Source: Mobula hypostoma (Eukaryota). From it: DNA of 64,000 nt. Below are positions 11,080 through 23,944 of the stretch, piece after piece. Position 1 is the first letter of the stretch, and every line of letters begins with the position of its first letter. Location: the NCBI RefSeq assembly GCF_963921235.1, contig NC_086098.1:155558001-155622000 (forward strand), in the 5' to 3' direction. Position numbers and translations under genes: made by a program. The notes beneath the pieces were generated by a model. That model saw nothing but the letters and a program-made list of their open reading frames with translations, was not told the origin of the DNA and made no database searches.

Positions 11080-14000
11080 ATGCGGTTACAAGTTATCACA
11101 TCAGCGGAATGTGTTGAGTGGAGATGCCGCGGTAGTAAAACAGCAGCTACGGGCGTTGATTTGCAGTAGCGATTGTGGGGATGCAAAAATGGGACAATTT
11201 CAGCCTACTCCGCTGCGTATGTTGATAACCATAGTCAGAAGTGAACAGCAGTAGTTAGCTGCAGATGGAATTTGTACTCATGTCATCTCAGAGAAAGAAG
11301 CCAAAAATCTATGAAGTCTATGTATGCTGCTATTTCCTTTAGCTCTCGACCTAGACTCGGAATGGTACCGCAAAATACCTCAGAACTGCTCTGCATTGTT
11401 CCCAATGAAGGCGGAGCAGTAAGAAAGTTACATCCTGAAATGCTGTCAAAATTCTTTGACAACTGATGATGTGACCCTGGTTGTATCGGTTATTAACCAT
11501 AAAACTGGAAAGAGGAAAAGGGCATTTTGTCCTCCTAACATGTTCAGACATTCATCAAGTTGTAGTTGAGGTTCGACCTCAGCGTCACGTTCCTGCCTTC
11601 TGCCTTAATATTCAGAAATCCGTCGATTTTTTGAACGAATTTAATAACTGTGCCTTCAAAGGGTGGAGAATTCCACCAGCGAGTGCACATTAAGTGCGTG
11701 ATCTTGACTGATGAGTAGGTTGTGCCAATTGCCATTTACGGGAACATGACGGAACGCCGCTAGTCAGAATTCCGCTAAAAGGCCCGAAATGTTTCCCACT
11801 TCAGTTCCAAGTAGCAACCGCCCAGTCTGAGACTGGAGCCATGGTTCTTGGAGAGTCTGTTGTCTTCATGCAGCGTGTTAAGATCTGTTGGAATCTTAAA
11901 CTTCATCGAGATCTCCCCTTATACTCGTAAATTCTGGAGAAAACAGGTCCAGACTATGCAAATTATTCTCATTTGGTGAGTCCACTGTTTCCGGAACTAG
12001 TCTGGTGAATATTTGTTGAAATCCCTCCATCTTTATAAGCGGCGATATCAAAACTACAGAATGATGTCACCGTTCGTGTACTTAGATCTCTCTCAAGACA
12101 AAGTCTAAGATAACATTTGTCTTCCTCGCGGTCTGTTGTTCCGGCACTTCGGCTTTCAGGAAGCCGAAACAACACTACCATGAAAGTTATATACTCTGAT
12201 ATTGAAATATTTGCAAAATATAGTAAAATTGGAACATGTTATTAAACAACTAAACTAACGTTTTAATTAAAATTTGTTCGTGAAACAGATAAATACACAA
12301 ATAGTTAAAATAATAAATGAATTTAAGCTAATCTTACAATCTATCAATCAATCTTTACGATCCATTTTTCATTTTACACAACTCATCTTTTACTTACATT
12401 CCACAAACAATGGTGTCTCCAATGGTTTTCAGTGGTGAATGTGGCCCAAGACACAAGGGTCTATAACAGTACAATTCTGGGTGCTGTCCTTTCGGTTCTG
12501 CTACAGCGCAGGTTTTTGTACTCCAACAAAAACTGACCGTCATGCAGATAGTTCTCAAAAAAATCGTTCTCGTAGCTTGAAAATGCGCACCTTACAAAGA
12601 ATTACCAATTCCTTGTAGTCTAAAGAAGATTTAATCAAAACAGCGAGTGCTGATCTAGTCAGAGAGTTTCCGTATAACTGTTAACATTTCAGATTTTATA
12701 CATTGATAATAGATAAAAAGAAACCATATTTTCAACCTCTGTTCCACCTTTTTACTGAAAGTGTGGGATGTGGGATGAACGATTACTATGTACTGCTGGT
12801 CGCATGCACAAGATGTCAGATGTTCTGGTGGTTGTCGCAGTAGGGGTACGAATGCTGGGGTGTAATAATATTAGGTAGAAGTCATCGCCGGCAATGACTC
12901 TTATGAGAGCAATGATCAATGTGCGTAACGAGAAGACATTAATTATGCTAATTTTGGGATTATATACAGTTAGGATTTGTCCAGGTGTTTATTGATCCTG
13001 AGCATGCGTGTGAGGCTGAGGCCAGTAATACTTCTCAACAGTGCATTTAAATGGCGGATGTTTCCTCCCTGTCGCTGAGATCATTAACAATAGTGTGAGA
13101 CTGGTACTGTGAGTAACCTGAATGGATTCCGTTGTCCAGGCATACAAAATCCCTCTAGCCCATCTCCCACTCATTGTCGAAGCAATCCTTATATAAACGT
13201 CCATTTTATGCTTGCATGTTATGCTTTGCTTAAACTTGGCTCTTCCTATGGTACATAAAAATTCCACCGGAAAGTGACGTCAATAAGAACTCTCCGAAGT
13301 GAATCCCAGTGAAATCTCTAATCACCACATTCGTTCTGTTCTCAGGTTTAATATTTCTCCAGCAATTTATAGTCATCTTTGAAATAAAAGTTAGATGACA
13401 CAGTTCAGCATTTCCGTAAGCATGCAATCTTAGACTAAAAAATCTGATTATATTATAGGTTCCTTGTTGTAAATTAGTAATATTTTGGTCACATCCATCA
13501 AGTCAAAGACCGAAGAAAGATGCAGCAGTACCAATATAGGATTATCTAGCTCCACCCACTGCCTATCCCTACTCCAGTAGGACCATATGTCTTACCCATT
13601 GTCCTGCTGTTCCTCGTACGCTGTATTCCCCGTACAAGGTATTCTAAAATCTAGCAGAGTCACCGATGAATACCGTACATGACTGATCTCTGAGGCGAAC
13701 TTTGGGAATGCTTCGTATAAAAAGAAGCTTTTTGTCCTCAGATTATCCAAATCTTCACTCAAGGACGGTTGACTCAAGGTCTAGTTTTAATGGCTACGTA
13801 AAATGCTTCTTAACAGAAATTGTCTCACATTCTGTTGGACTACAATAACTTTACTCCAGTTTTCTTAAATATCTGTTTAATGGAGATTGTTTTCACATTA
13901 GGAATTAATTCAGTCTCTTGTGCTGCACTGGCTCCAAGCAAGTATATCCTGTCTTCGACACAGATAATAAGCACTAAGTAGAAAAAATTGTGGTCTCTGG

Positions 14001-14550
14001 AACTTCCTGTAAAATATGAAGAATTCATTTAAATATACCACTTACCTCCTCTATGCGAAGCCAAACAATAATGCATGAAAGTAATATTGTAAACACTTTC
14101 TATTACATTTGTCAAACAAAATTGAAAGATCCGAAAGAAAACGTCAGAAGATGCGTCGAAATATGGACTTACTGTCAATTAATTATAAAAGTCAAAACAT
14201 TACCTTTGATTTATTGCTCCGCACCACCGCAACCTTTGGCGCGAAATACGGAATGAAATATCACCACTCCAGATTTCCCCATTTCCGTTTGATTTATCCG
14301 ATCTCGTCGGAAGCTATTTTAATATTAGTTTCAAACATCCACATCGTCAAGTCTGGTAAGAGTTTTCACTATTTTGATGAGATGACCACTCTGTTCTGAG
14401 CACTGGAGAATTTAGGTATAACATTCACAACTCTCCACATAGAATTAATCCCTACTCCCAGATGCTAAACTGATGAATCCTCTTCATTTCCTTGCATTCG
14501 TATTCCTCCTTGGAGAGTGAATTTCAACTTGTCCAATGTGGACACCACGA

Positions 14551-14817
14551 TAATGTAATGTAATGGTTAGCGCGAGCCTGAGCGGTACCGGAGTTCGGAG
14601 TTCAACCCCTACGTAATCCGTGAGGAGTTTGTAGGCTCCTCACCGTGAACTCGCGGGTTTCCTCCGGGTGATCCGGTTTCCTTCCACATTCCAAAGATCT
14701 GGATTGTAAATTGTCCTGTGATTAGGCTAGGATTCATAGGCGGACTGCTCGGCTGTGAGGCTCATTGGGTCAGAAGGGTATCTTAGACGCTGTGTCTCTA
14801 AATAAATAAATAAAATC
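14551..14817 (+). mobile_element. tRNA-derived SINE, HE1/V-SINE-like (also about 49003-49265)
   Basis: gggtttcctccgggtg..ccggtttcc..ccacattccaaag core and (TAAA)n tail. Shared by units A and B. Confidence 0.65.
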
Positions 14818-15291
14818 TTCAGGTGACGTCCTGTTAAGGTGCGACTGTGTGTCCACTATGATATTTTACCATTATTATCATGTCCTATTGCTCTTCCTGC
14901 AGATTGTTTCCAGTAATTTTCGGTGATTCATTTATAGATCCTAAACAGCAAGATGAAATGAATTCTAAAATTCATCTTGTCAGAGCTTTTTTTTTGCCTG
15001 TCGCAATGAGATCATCTCATTTTGCTGAAATCCGGTGACGTTACACCAGTCTTCTTAAATATCTGGTAATAGGACTTCACTGCCGAAGTACACCAGTAAA
15101 ATTATGCTTTATTCATTCCAAATCATGTGTAGGCTATATTAGGTAAAGAGAAACAGACTGCAATCAGTATTCCACATGTACCGTACTCTCGGGAGCACCC
15201 TGTACAATTTCAGCAACACCTTGGAGTAATGGTCAGTATACATAATGGAACATGAAATAATATGATCCAAATTAATATTAAAATTACTTGC

Positions 15292-16438
15292 ACAGATTGT
15301 AATTCCAATGCTACCCATTTAGGAATAGATAGTATGTCCCGGTCAAGTAACCAAAATTTCATATGTCGAATATTAATAGCCCAATAATAAAATCTAAAGT
15401 TAGGTAATGCTAAACCTCCATCTCTCTTAGCTTTCTGTAAATGTATTTTACCCAGTCTCGGATTCTTATTCTGCCAAATAAATGAAGAAATTTTAGAGTC
15501 GACTTTATCAAAAAAAGATTTAGGAACGAAAATTGGTAATGCCTGAAACACATATAAAAATTTTGGCAAAAAAAACATCTTAACTGCATTAATACGACCA
15601 ACCAAAGTTAAATATAAAGGAAACCATTTAGATGAAAGTTGAGTAATATGGTCTATTAATGGTAAAAAGTTAGTCTTAAATAAATCTTTATGTTTACAAG
15701 TAATTTTAATCCCAAGATATGAAAGGTAATTATTAATCAATTTAAATGGAAATTTATAATATAAGGGAAGATGTTTATTAATCGGAAAAAGTTCACTCTT
15801 ACTAAGATTTAGTTTATAACCTGAGAAAAGACCAAATTGTGCTAATAACTCTAAAACAGCAGGAATAGATCTCTCAGGATTAGAAATATATAAAAGTAAA
15901 TCATCAGCATAGAGTGATAATTTATGGGACTTTAATCCCCGAGTTATCCCAGTAATATTTGAAGATTCTCGAATAGCAATTGCAAGAGGTTCTAATGCAA
16001 TATCAAATAATAGGGGACTAAGAGGACAGCCTTGTCGAGTACCACGAAAGAGAGGGAAAAAAGGTGAGTTTAAAGAGTTAGTACGAACCGAGGCTACAGG
16101 GGAGTGATATAACAGTTTAATCCAGGATATAAATTTCAAGCTAAAATTAAACATTTCAAGCACCTTAAATAAATAAGGCCATTCTACTCTATCAAAAGCT
16201 TTCTCGGCATCTAAAGAAATAACACACTCAGGAACATTTTGTGAGGGAGTATAAACGATATTTAACAATGTACGAATATTATAAAAAGAGTAACGACCTT
16301 TAATAAAACCCGTTTGGTCTTCCGAAATAATAGAAGGAAGTACTTTTTCTAGTCTATTTGCTAATAACTTAGAAAAAACTTTAGAATCAACATTTAATAA
16401 AGATATTGGTCTATAAGATGCACATTGAGCAGGGTCTT
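15292..16438 (-). mobile_element. L1-clade LINE ORF2 internal fragment (RT domain)
   Basis: Open frame KDPAQCASYRPISLLN...SLDAEKAFDRVEW...RGTRQGCPLSPLLF...LYADD. Truncated at both ends and flanked by a 58-bp direct duplication. Confidence 0.9.
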
Positions 16439-16644
16439 AATGGAATTACATACATAATGTACAGTATACATAATGGAACATGAAATAATATGATCCAAAT
16501 TAATATTAAAATTACTTGCTGCTAAACTAAAGAGGGCAGAGCGAAAAAGCGCATCGGAGAAGATGTCAGAATATCGGCTTTTAATTTTAAATGTCACGAC
16601 TTAATATTCAACTCTGCAATATCGCAATATTTATCCTGTCCTCC

Positions 16645-19600
16645 TATTACAATGGGGCGTTGGGGTCGGACCTAAATGCTGGACACAGACACGGAGGTAA
16701 CATTAACAGAAGTGTGCTTTATTAATAGTTGCCAGGAAGGCCGGAGAGCGAGGATTAGATGCTTACATAGACGTAAACGTTGGACAACAAACCAGAGGAA
16801 CATGGACTTGGAATTGGATGTGGAACCCGGATTTGGACACGGACGCAGAACCTGGACCTGAACTTGGATGCAGAACCTGGACATGGATTGAATGCACAAC
16901 CTCGACTTGGACTTGGATATGGACATTGGGCCTGGACTTGGACTTGACTTGGACTCGGAGCCTGGACCCGGACTTGACTTGGACACGGAGCCTGAACTCG
17001 GACTTGACTTGGAGTAGCGTCAAACGGCCTGCAAGACTCAGCTGGCCACGAGACGACAAAACCCAACAACGACAGACAATTTGCGTCTTGGCTTGGAGTA
17101 GCGGCAAACGGCCAGCAATTCTCAGCTGCCCACGTAAACGTCTGAATTCGTATCTTGACTTGCAGTAACGGCAAAAGGCCAGCTAAACTAGGTATGTGAA
17201 GAAGAAAAAAATTAGTTAAGACCAAATTTGGACGCTTGAAGACAGAAACGGGTGAAATTATTATGGGGAACAAGGAAGTAGCAGACGAGCTGAACGGGTC
17301 CTTCCGACCTGTCTTCACTAGGGAAGACACAAACAATCTCCCAGATGTAATAGTGGCTAGAGGACCTAGGGTAACGGAAGAACTGAAGGAAATTCGCATT
17401 AGGCAGAAAATGGTGTTAAGTAAACTGATGGGACTGAAGGCTGATAAATCCCTGGGCCTGATGGTCTGCATCCCAGGGTACTTAAGGAGGTGGCTCTAGA
17501 AATCGTGGACGCATTGGTATTCATTTTCCAATGTTCTATAGATTCAGGATCAGTTCCTGCAGATTGGAGGGTAGCTAATGTTATTCCACTTTTTAAGAAA
17601 GGAGGGAGAGAGAAAACAGGCAATTGCAGACCAGTTAGTCTGACATCAGTGGTGGGGAAGAAGCTGGAATCAATTATAAAAGAAGAAATAGCGGCATATT
17701 TGGATAGCAGTATCAGGATTGGTCCGAGTCAGCATGGATTTACGAAGGGGAAATCATGCTTGACTAATCTTCTGGAATTTTTTTGGGAATGTAACTGTGA
17801 AAATGGACATGGGAAAGCCAGTGGATGTAGTGTACCTGGACTTTCAGAAAGCCTTTGATAAGGTCCCACATAGGAGGTTGGTAGACAAAATTAGAGCACA
17901 TGGTATTGGGGGTGGTGTACTGACATGGATAGAAAATTGGTTGGCAAACAGGAAACAAAGAGTAGGGACTAACGGGTCCTTTTCAGAATGGCAGGCAGTG
18001 ACTGGTGGGGTAGCGCAAGGTTCGGTGCTGGGACCGCTGCTATTTACAATATGCAATAATGATTTAGATGAAGGGATTAACAGTAACATTAGCAAGTTTG
18101 CAGATGACACAAAGCTGAGTGACAGTGTGAAATGTGAGGAGGATGGTATGAGAATGCACGGTGACTTGGACAGGTTGCGTGAGTGGGCAGATGCATGGCA
18201 GATGCAGTTTAATGTGGATAAATGTGAGGTTATTCACTTTGGTGGCAAGAACTGGAAGGCAGATTACTATTTGAATGGTTTCGAGTTAAGAAAAGGGGAA
18301 GTACTACGAGATTGTGTGTCCTTGTTCATCAGTCACTGAAAGTAAGTATATAGGTACATCAGGCAGTGAAAAAATCTAATGGCATGTTGGCCATCATAAC
18401 AAGGGGAGTTGAGTATAGGAGCAGACAGGTCCTTCTGCAGTTGTACAAGGCCCTGGTGAGACCACACCTGGAGTACTGTGTGCAGTTTTGGTCTCCAAAT
18501 TTGAGGAAGGACATTCTTGCTATGGAGGGAGTGCAGCGTAGGTTCACTGGATTAATTCTAGGGATGGCAGGAATGTCATATGTTGAAAGATTAGAGCGAC
18601 TGGGCTTGTATATACTGGAATTTAGAAGGATGAGAGGGGATCTGATTGAAACATATAAGATTATTAAGGGATTGGACACGCTAGAGGCAGGAAACATGTT
18701 CCCGATGTCGGGGGAGTCCAGAACCAGAGGCCAAAGTTTAAGAATAAGGGGTAGACCATTTAGAACGGAGTTGAGGAAAAACTTCTTCACACAGATGGTT
18801 GTGGTTCTGTGGAATGCTCTACCTCAAAAAGCAGTGGAGGCCAATTCTCTGGATGCTTTCAAGAAAGAGTTAGATAGAGCTCTGAAAGATAGCGGAGTCA
18901 AGGGATATGGGGAAAAGGCAGGAACGGGGTATTGATTGTGGATGATCAGCCATGATCACAGTGAATGGCAGTGCTGGCTCGAAGGGCCGAATGGCCGACT
19001 CCTGCGCCTATTGTCTATTGTCTACTGACACGAAAACGACAGTATTCACAAAGCAACCCCAGGCACCGAAGCAACTTAGAGTCCACTATTCTTGGCGGCC
19101 CGGAGCGTGCATTGCCGCATAGCACAGGAGTCCATTCTCGGCTGCCCCGGAACGTGCATTGCCGCACGGGCTGTGGTGTTATGGTCCAGCCCCGAGTAGA
19201 TGTAAGCCGGAGTTTTTATGCTGCCGGTTCAGATGAGGAGCAGGTGTCCTAATCAAGGAACCTGGTAGAACACGGGGGAAAGGAAATTAACTGAAACGAG
19301 GAGTCAACAGATCGGACCATGAAAGTTTCCCCCCTAAATGGGAGCCTGCAGGCGATGCAACAGACTTGCCCAGATTACCGACGGTTGGGGCGGGGTGTGT
19401 TTGGCAGGAGGGGACTCTGGTTAACGAGGGTTTGTAAGACAGTGTCTGTGTCTGCTGGGTCCGCGTTTGACTGGTTCGTTCTGTTATAAGGGGCGTTGGA
19501 GGCGGACCCAAGTGCAGGAGACAGACACATTAACAGAAGTGTGTTTTATTAATAGTTGTCAGGAAGGCAGGAGAGCGAGGATTAGATGCTTACATGGAGG

Positions 19601-20443
19601 TAAACATGGACGTTGGATAACAAACCCGAAGAACCTGGACTTGGACTTGGACGCAGAACTGGGACTTGGAATCGGACACGGAACCTGGACTTGGACTCGG
19701 ACGCGGAACCTGGACTTGGACTTAGACTCCGACACGGAAAATGGACTTGGATTTGGACTTGGACACGGACGCAGTACCTGGACTTGGACTTGGACTTGGA
19801 AGCGGGGCCTGGACTTGGACGAGGACTTGGACGCAGAGCCTGGACTTGGACTTGGACTCAGACAGTGAGCCCGGACTTGGACATGGACTCGGACACCGCT
19901 CCTGGACTCGGACTTGGCTTGGACACGGAGCCTGGACTTGGACTTGACTTGGACTCGACTTGGGCTCGGACTTGACTTGGATTCGGAGCCTGGACTCGGA
20001 CTTGACTTGGATTAGCGGCAAACGGCCTGCAACACTCAGCTGGACACGAGACGACAAAACCCAACAACGGTAGACGATTCGTATCTTGGCTCGGAGTAGT
20101 GGCAAACGGCGGACAATTCTCAGCTGCCAACGAAAACGACAGAATTCGTATTTTGACACGGAGTAGCGGCAGACGGCGGCTAAACTTAACTGTACACGAA
20201 AGCGACGGTATTCACAAAGCAACCCCAGGCACCGAAGCAACTTCGAGTCCAGTATTCTCGGCGGCTCCGGAACGTGCATTGCTGCACGGGCTGCGGTGTG
20301 ACGGTCCAGCCCCGAGTCGATGTAAGCTGGAGTTTTTATGCTGCCAGTTCGCATGAGGATCAGGTGCCCTAATTAAGGAGCCCGGTGCAACACGGGGAAA
20401 AGGAAATTAACTGAAATGAGGAGTCAACGACCAGACCGTGACA
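16645..20443 (-). mobile_element. Miniature two-LTR retroelement (LTRs 19482-20443 and 16645-19324, 157-bp interior)
   Basis: Two homologous LTRs with (GGACTT)-type repeats. Interior carries GAACGAACC...GCGGACCCAGCAGAC (degraded MDPAD gag start) and a PPT AGGGGGGAAAC. 5-bp TSD CCTCC/CTTCC. Absent from unit B. Confidence 0.75.
17190..19024 (+). mobile_element. CR1 LINE (5'-truncated, RT plus 3' UTR) nested in the 3' LTR of the miniature element
   Basis: ORFs with [41 protein letters not shown]. (CTATTGT)n tail. LTR sequence resumes at 19025. Confidence 0.9.
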
Positions 20444-21236
20444 CTTCCATGTAAGGGTAACTTTTCTAGATGAGCAATACAGAAGGAATGGGCGCCTTAA
20501 CGCAATTGTGCATGCTGAAATACTTCCTAAAATCACTAACATCAAATGATATTCACTCCTCAGAAGCTGTTCATTATGCTGAGCGTTTTTCGTTCCAAGA
20601 TCCACTGTATTCTGCTTCAGATTTTCAACATGAGTTAAGTTTTATGCAGAATCTAATATATGCCCGGAACGCACAGACAGTGGAAACGAGTAATAAACAT
20701 CAGAAGGGCGAAGGAGGGGTTTGGAATCGCCATATCTCCAATGTTTGTCAATTTCATTAGTTCGATTATATCCCTTAGGAATCTGTTAAGGTAGTTATCC
20801 TCCGTTTCCAGTACCCATGTTAACTAACTATCAGATAAGGAGATATTTCTCATAGGCTTATTTCCACAACACCTTTATATTCACACGGCACTTTACTGTA
20901 TCCTCCTCACAACCCACAATGCAAACAATTTGGATGTGTTGCATTTGGTATCCGTATACAGATCATTGACGTAGATTGTGAACAGTAGTCGTGGTAGCTC
21001 TGAAACTACCTGAATACCACGATTACCCAAACAAAACGAGCCCTTAACCCTTAGTCCCTGTCAATATATTGTCTCTAATATGGTGTTTTTAAAAAATCTT
21101 GACTATTAACCCGTTGTTATGCTTCTATCCGAAGGCCTTTTGAAAGTCCAAACACACAATGCCACTGATTATGTCTTCTGTATTCTGCTACGAACAGCCT
21201 TCAATAAACCAGATCAACGTGAATTCCCATTTATAA

Positions 21237-21541
21237 TTGGCACCCGTTAGTCTCGTGAGACCATGGATTTGCGCCTTGAAAGGTTTCCAGGGCGCAGGCC
21301 TGGGCAAGGTTGTATGGAAGACCGGCAGTTGCCCATGCTGCAAGGCTCCCCTCTCTATGCTACCGATGTTGTCCAAGGGAAGGGCACTAGCGCCGATACA
21401 GTTTGGCACCGGTGTCGTCGCAGAGCAATGTGTGGTTAAGTGCCTTGCTCAAGGACACAACATATTGCCTCAACTGAGGCTGGCTCGAACTGGAGACTTT
21501 CAGACCCTGGCGAATGGCCAAGTCGTTAAGACGTCGGTCCT
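21237..21541 (-). mobile_element. tRNA-derived SINE with CORE-like segment, unit A only
   Basis: Minus strand has GTTCGAG B-box and gtgtccttgagcaaggcacttaacc. TSD ATTTATAA at 21229-21236 and 21542-21549. Confidence 0.65.
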
Positions 21542-21699
21542 ATTTATAAATCCATGCTGATTCAGTCCATTCCTATTATTATTTTCCAAGTGCCTTCTTT
21601 CCGGTTCCGTAATTATACAAACTATTGCTTCATTTTGTTCCCATTAATGAGCAGTTGAATTGCTTGTAGTTGCCAGCGTACCCCTTTCGTTCTCTACAT

Positions 21700-22918
21700 C
21701 AGGGGTCCCCAAACTTTTTTGCACTGCGTATCGGTTTAATATTGACAATATTCTTGCGGACCGGTCGACCGGGGGGGAAGGGGTAGGGTTGTCAACGGAC
21801 AAGAGTAGCAGTCAAATTCGTTGTTTACCCAAAAGACTACAATAACCATGAAGCTTTGCGCGGGAACCAATGCGCAGGCGCGTCGTGACCTGCCGATTTC
21901 CCCTCCTCCCCCGCCCCCCCCCCCAGCAAATCCTTTTTGGCGATTCTGTTCGTGGGCGTGGGTGTTAATCATTACCAGAATATAGGTGATAAGTGGGTAA
22001 TAAACTCAATTTTGTTTCTAAAAGGGTTTATCTAACGAATATAATCTTAAACACAGAGCGCGAATATAATGATAAGTCAATTATCAGGGGATCTTGAAGT
22101 AAGTATTGAACGAACTTCCAGTAGAAGTGGCAGAAGCAGGTTCGATATGATAATTTAAAGAAAAATTGGATAGGTATATGGACAGGAAAGGAATGGAAGG
22201 TTATGGGCTGAGTGTAGGTCAGCGGGCTAGGTGAGAGTAGCGTTCGGCACGGACTAGAAGGGCCGAGATGGCCTGTTTCCGTGCTGTAATTGTTATATGG
22301 TTATATAGGTCACTTATAAGTCAATAGCATCATAACATTTTAAGTAACATTTGGATATTAAGCGCACAGCACATATTTTCCCCGTATGAATATATAAAAT
22401 CATTGCAACACACCAATATCGCTGAATCAGTGGGAGCCCTGGGCTTGTTTCCCTGCAACAACACCGTCTTATCGAGGGGTGATGGGAGACATCTATACTC
22501 GCAGGGGGTTCCTGATGTCCAGTCTATTCTGCAGTTTAGTTTTCGTTGCATTCATTGCAGAAAACTCCGGTTCGCAGAAAAATGTTGGAAATGGAAGCAA
22601 CGTTTTCAGTGCTTTCGTGGCTCTCTCAGGATATTTAGCCTTGACTTTGATCCAAAATGCGGACAGAGATGTTATGTCAAACATACTTTTCAGCCCGTTG
22701 TCATTTGCAAGCTCGAGGAGTTGATCGCCTTCCCGCCCTGACACGGATGACGCGCGGGTCATGACCTCGCATGCGTAATGGCTGATCAGTGGCTGTGACA
22801 GGGAATGAGGAAAGGTGCAGCTGACTCATATCACCAAATCACATCGCTTCCTCGTGGCCCGGTAGCGCATGCTCTGCGGGCCGGTACCGGTCCGCGGCCC
22901 GGTGGTTGGGGACAGCTG
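21700..22918 (-). mobile_element. Non-autonomous hAT (Charlie/Buster-like) DNA transposon, unit A only
   Basis: TIRs CAGGGGTCCCCAA...TTGGGGACAGCTG. 8-bp TSD CTCTACAT/CTCTAAAT. hAT C-terminal dimerisation remnant FWIKVKAKYPE...LLPFPT. CR1 3' piece inside. Confidence 0.85.
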
Positions 22919-23944
22919 CTCTAAATGATGGGTTTCAAATAGCAACTTTCGAATGAATAAGCAACGCTCTAAACTTTAGAGCAGGATTTCTTAACCAGGG
23001 TTCCGCGGAAACCTGGGGTTCCATGAGTGGAGTCGCCAGGTGTTCCTCGAGAGATCATGGTTGAAAAAAACACATCGTTTTTTTGTGAACTTCGAGCAAT
23101 TCGCGGTGCCAGCGTTCGCAGTGGTGGGCAGTGACTGAGTAGTTCCGTTAGTAATTTCGTTAGAGGCCCTTCAGCCCATTATGGTAGTGCGCAGCAGGAC
23201 CATGTTTACTTGCTTGAGGATATTCTCAGTTTTTGATGCGAGATGGGGGTGAGGGATTGTCGTTGATAATTGGTGAGTGCTGTATTACACGGAATAGAGG
23301 ACGGTAGGCAGATAATTGGTGAATGCTGTATTGCACGGACGGGACGACGGTTTGCTGCTGAGGAGCGTGAAGTGCGTTTTCCGAGCATTGAATGGGATTC
23401 GCCCAACTTGGGCTGTGACGTCAGCCTCTTCCTTACCAATTCACTCTCCCAACTGCCTTCTACGCGCGCCGACTGACTTATGGGAGCGAACAAACTACCA
23501 GTGTCGAGAAAATTGGAGAGAACTTTTCATTCTAAAGAAGGAAATTTGAGACTCAGCTGCTGGCATACCGTTACCGTCGGCTCGAAACGTCGACTGTACT
23601 TTTTTCCATAGATGCTGCCTGGCCTGCTGAGTTCCTCCAGCAATTTGTGTGTGTTGCTCGGATTTCCAGCACCTGCAGATTTTCTCTCATTTGTGTATTG
23701 TGAAATTTTCATTTTTTTGTGGTTTTCTGGTTCAGTTATTTATTAAACCTTTCTTCTTATATAGTCCGTCTTTACAATGAAAGCTACTTTTCAGTGGGTA
23801 TTACATGGACTAGCGATCCAAGATGTCCTATTCCATTGTGTCTACTCTGTGGCAAACAACGTAGAAATCCTGCAATGGCGCCAGCAAAATTAAAAAGGCA
23901 CTTAACTACAAATCACAGTCATAGGACATGTAAAAATGTTGATT

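Noticed and set aside
11955-11962. Extra octamers in the 3' flank (also about 47705)
   Set aside because: Each is present in only one unit, and the 11955 site lies in a decayed CR1 remnant.
12989-13267. Minus ORF with TATA-like box and a leader-like MSGRWARG start
   Set aside because: The frame is not preserved in the unit B homologue and has no Ig or other recognisable motif.
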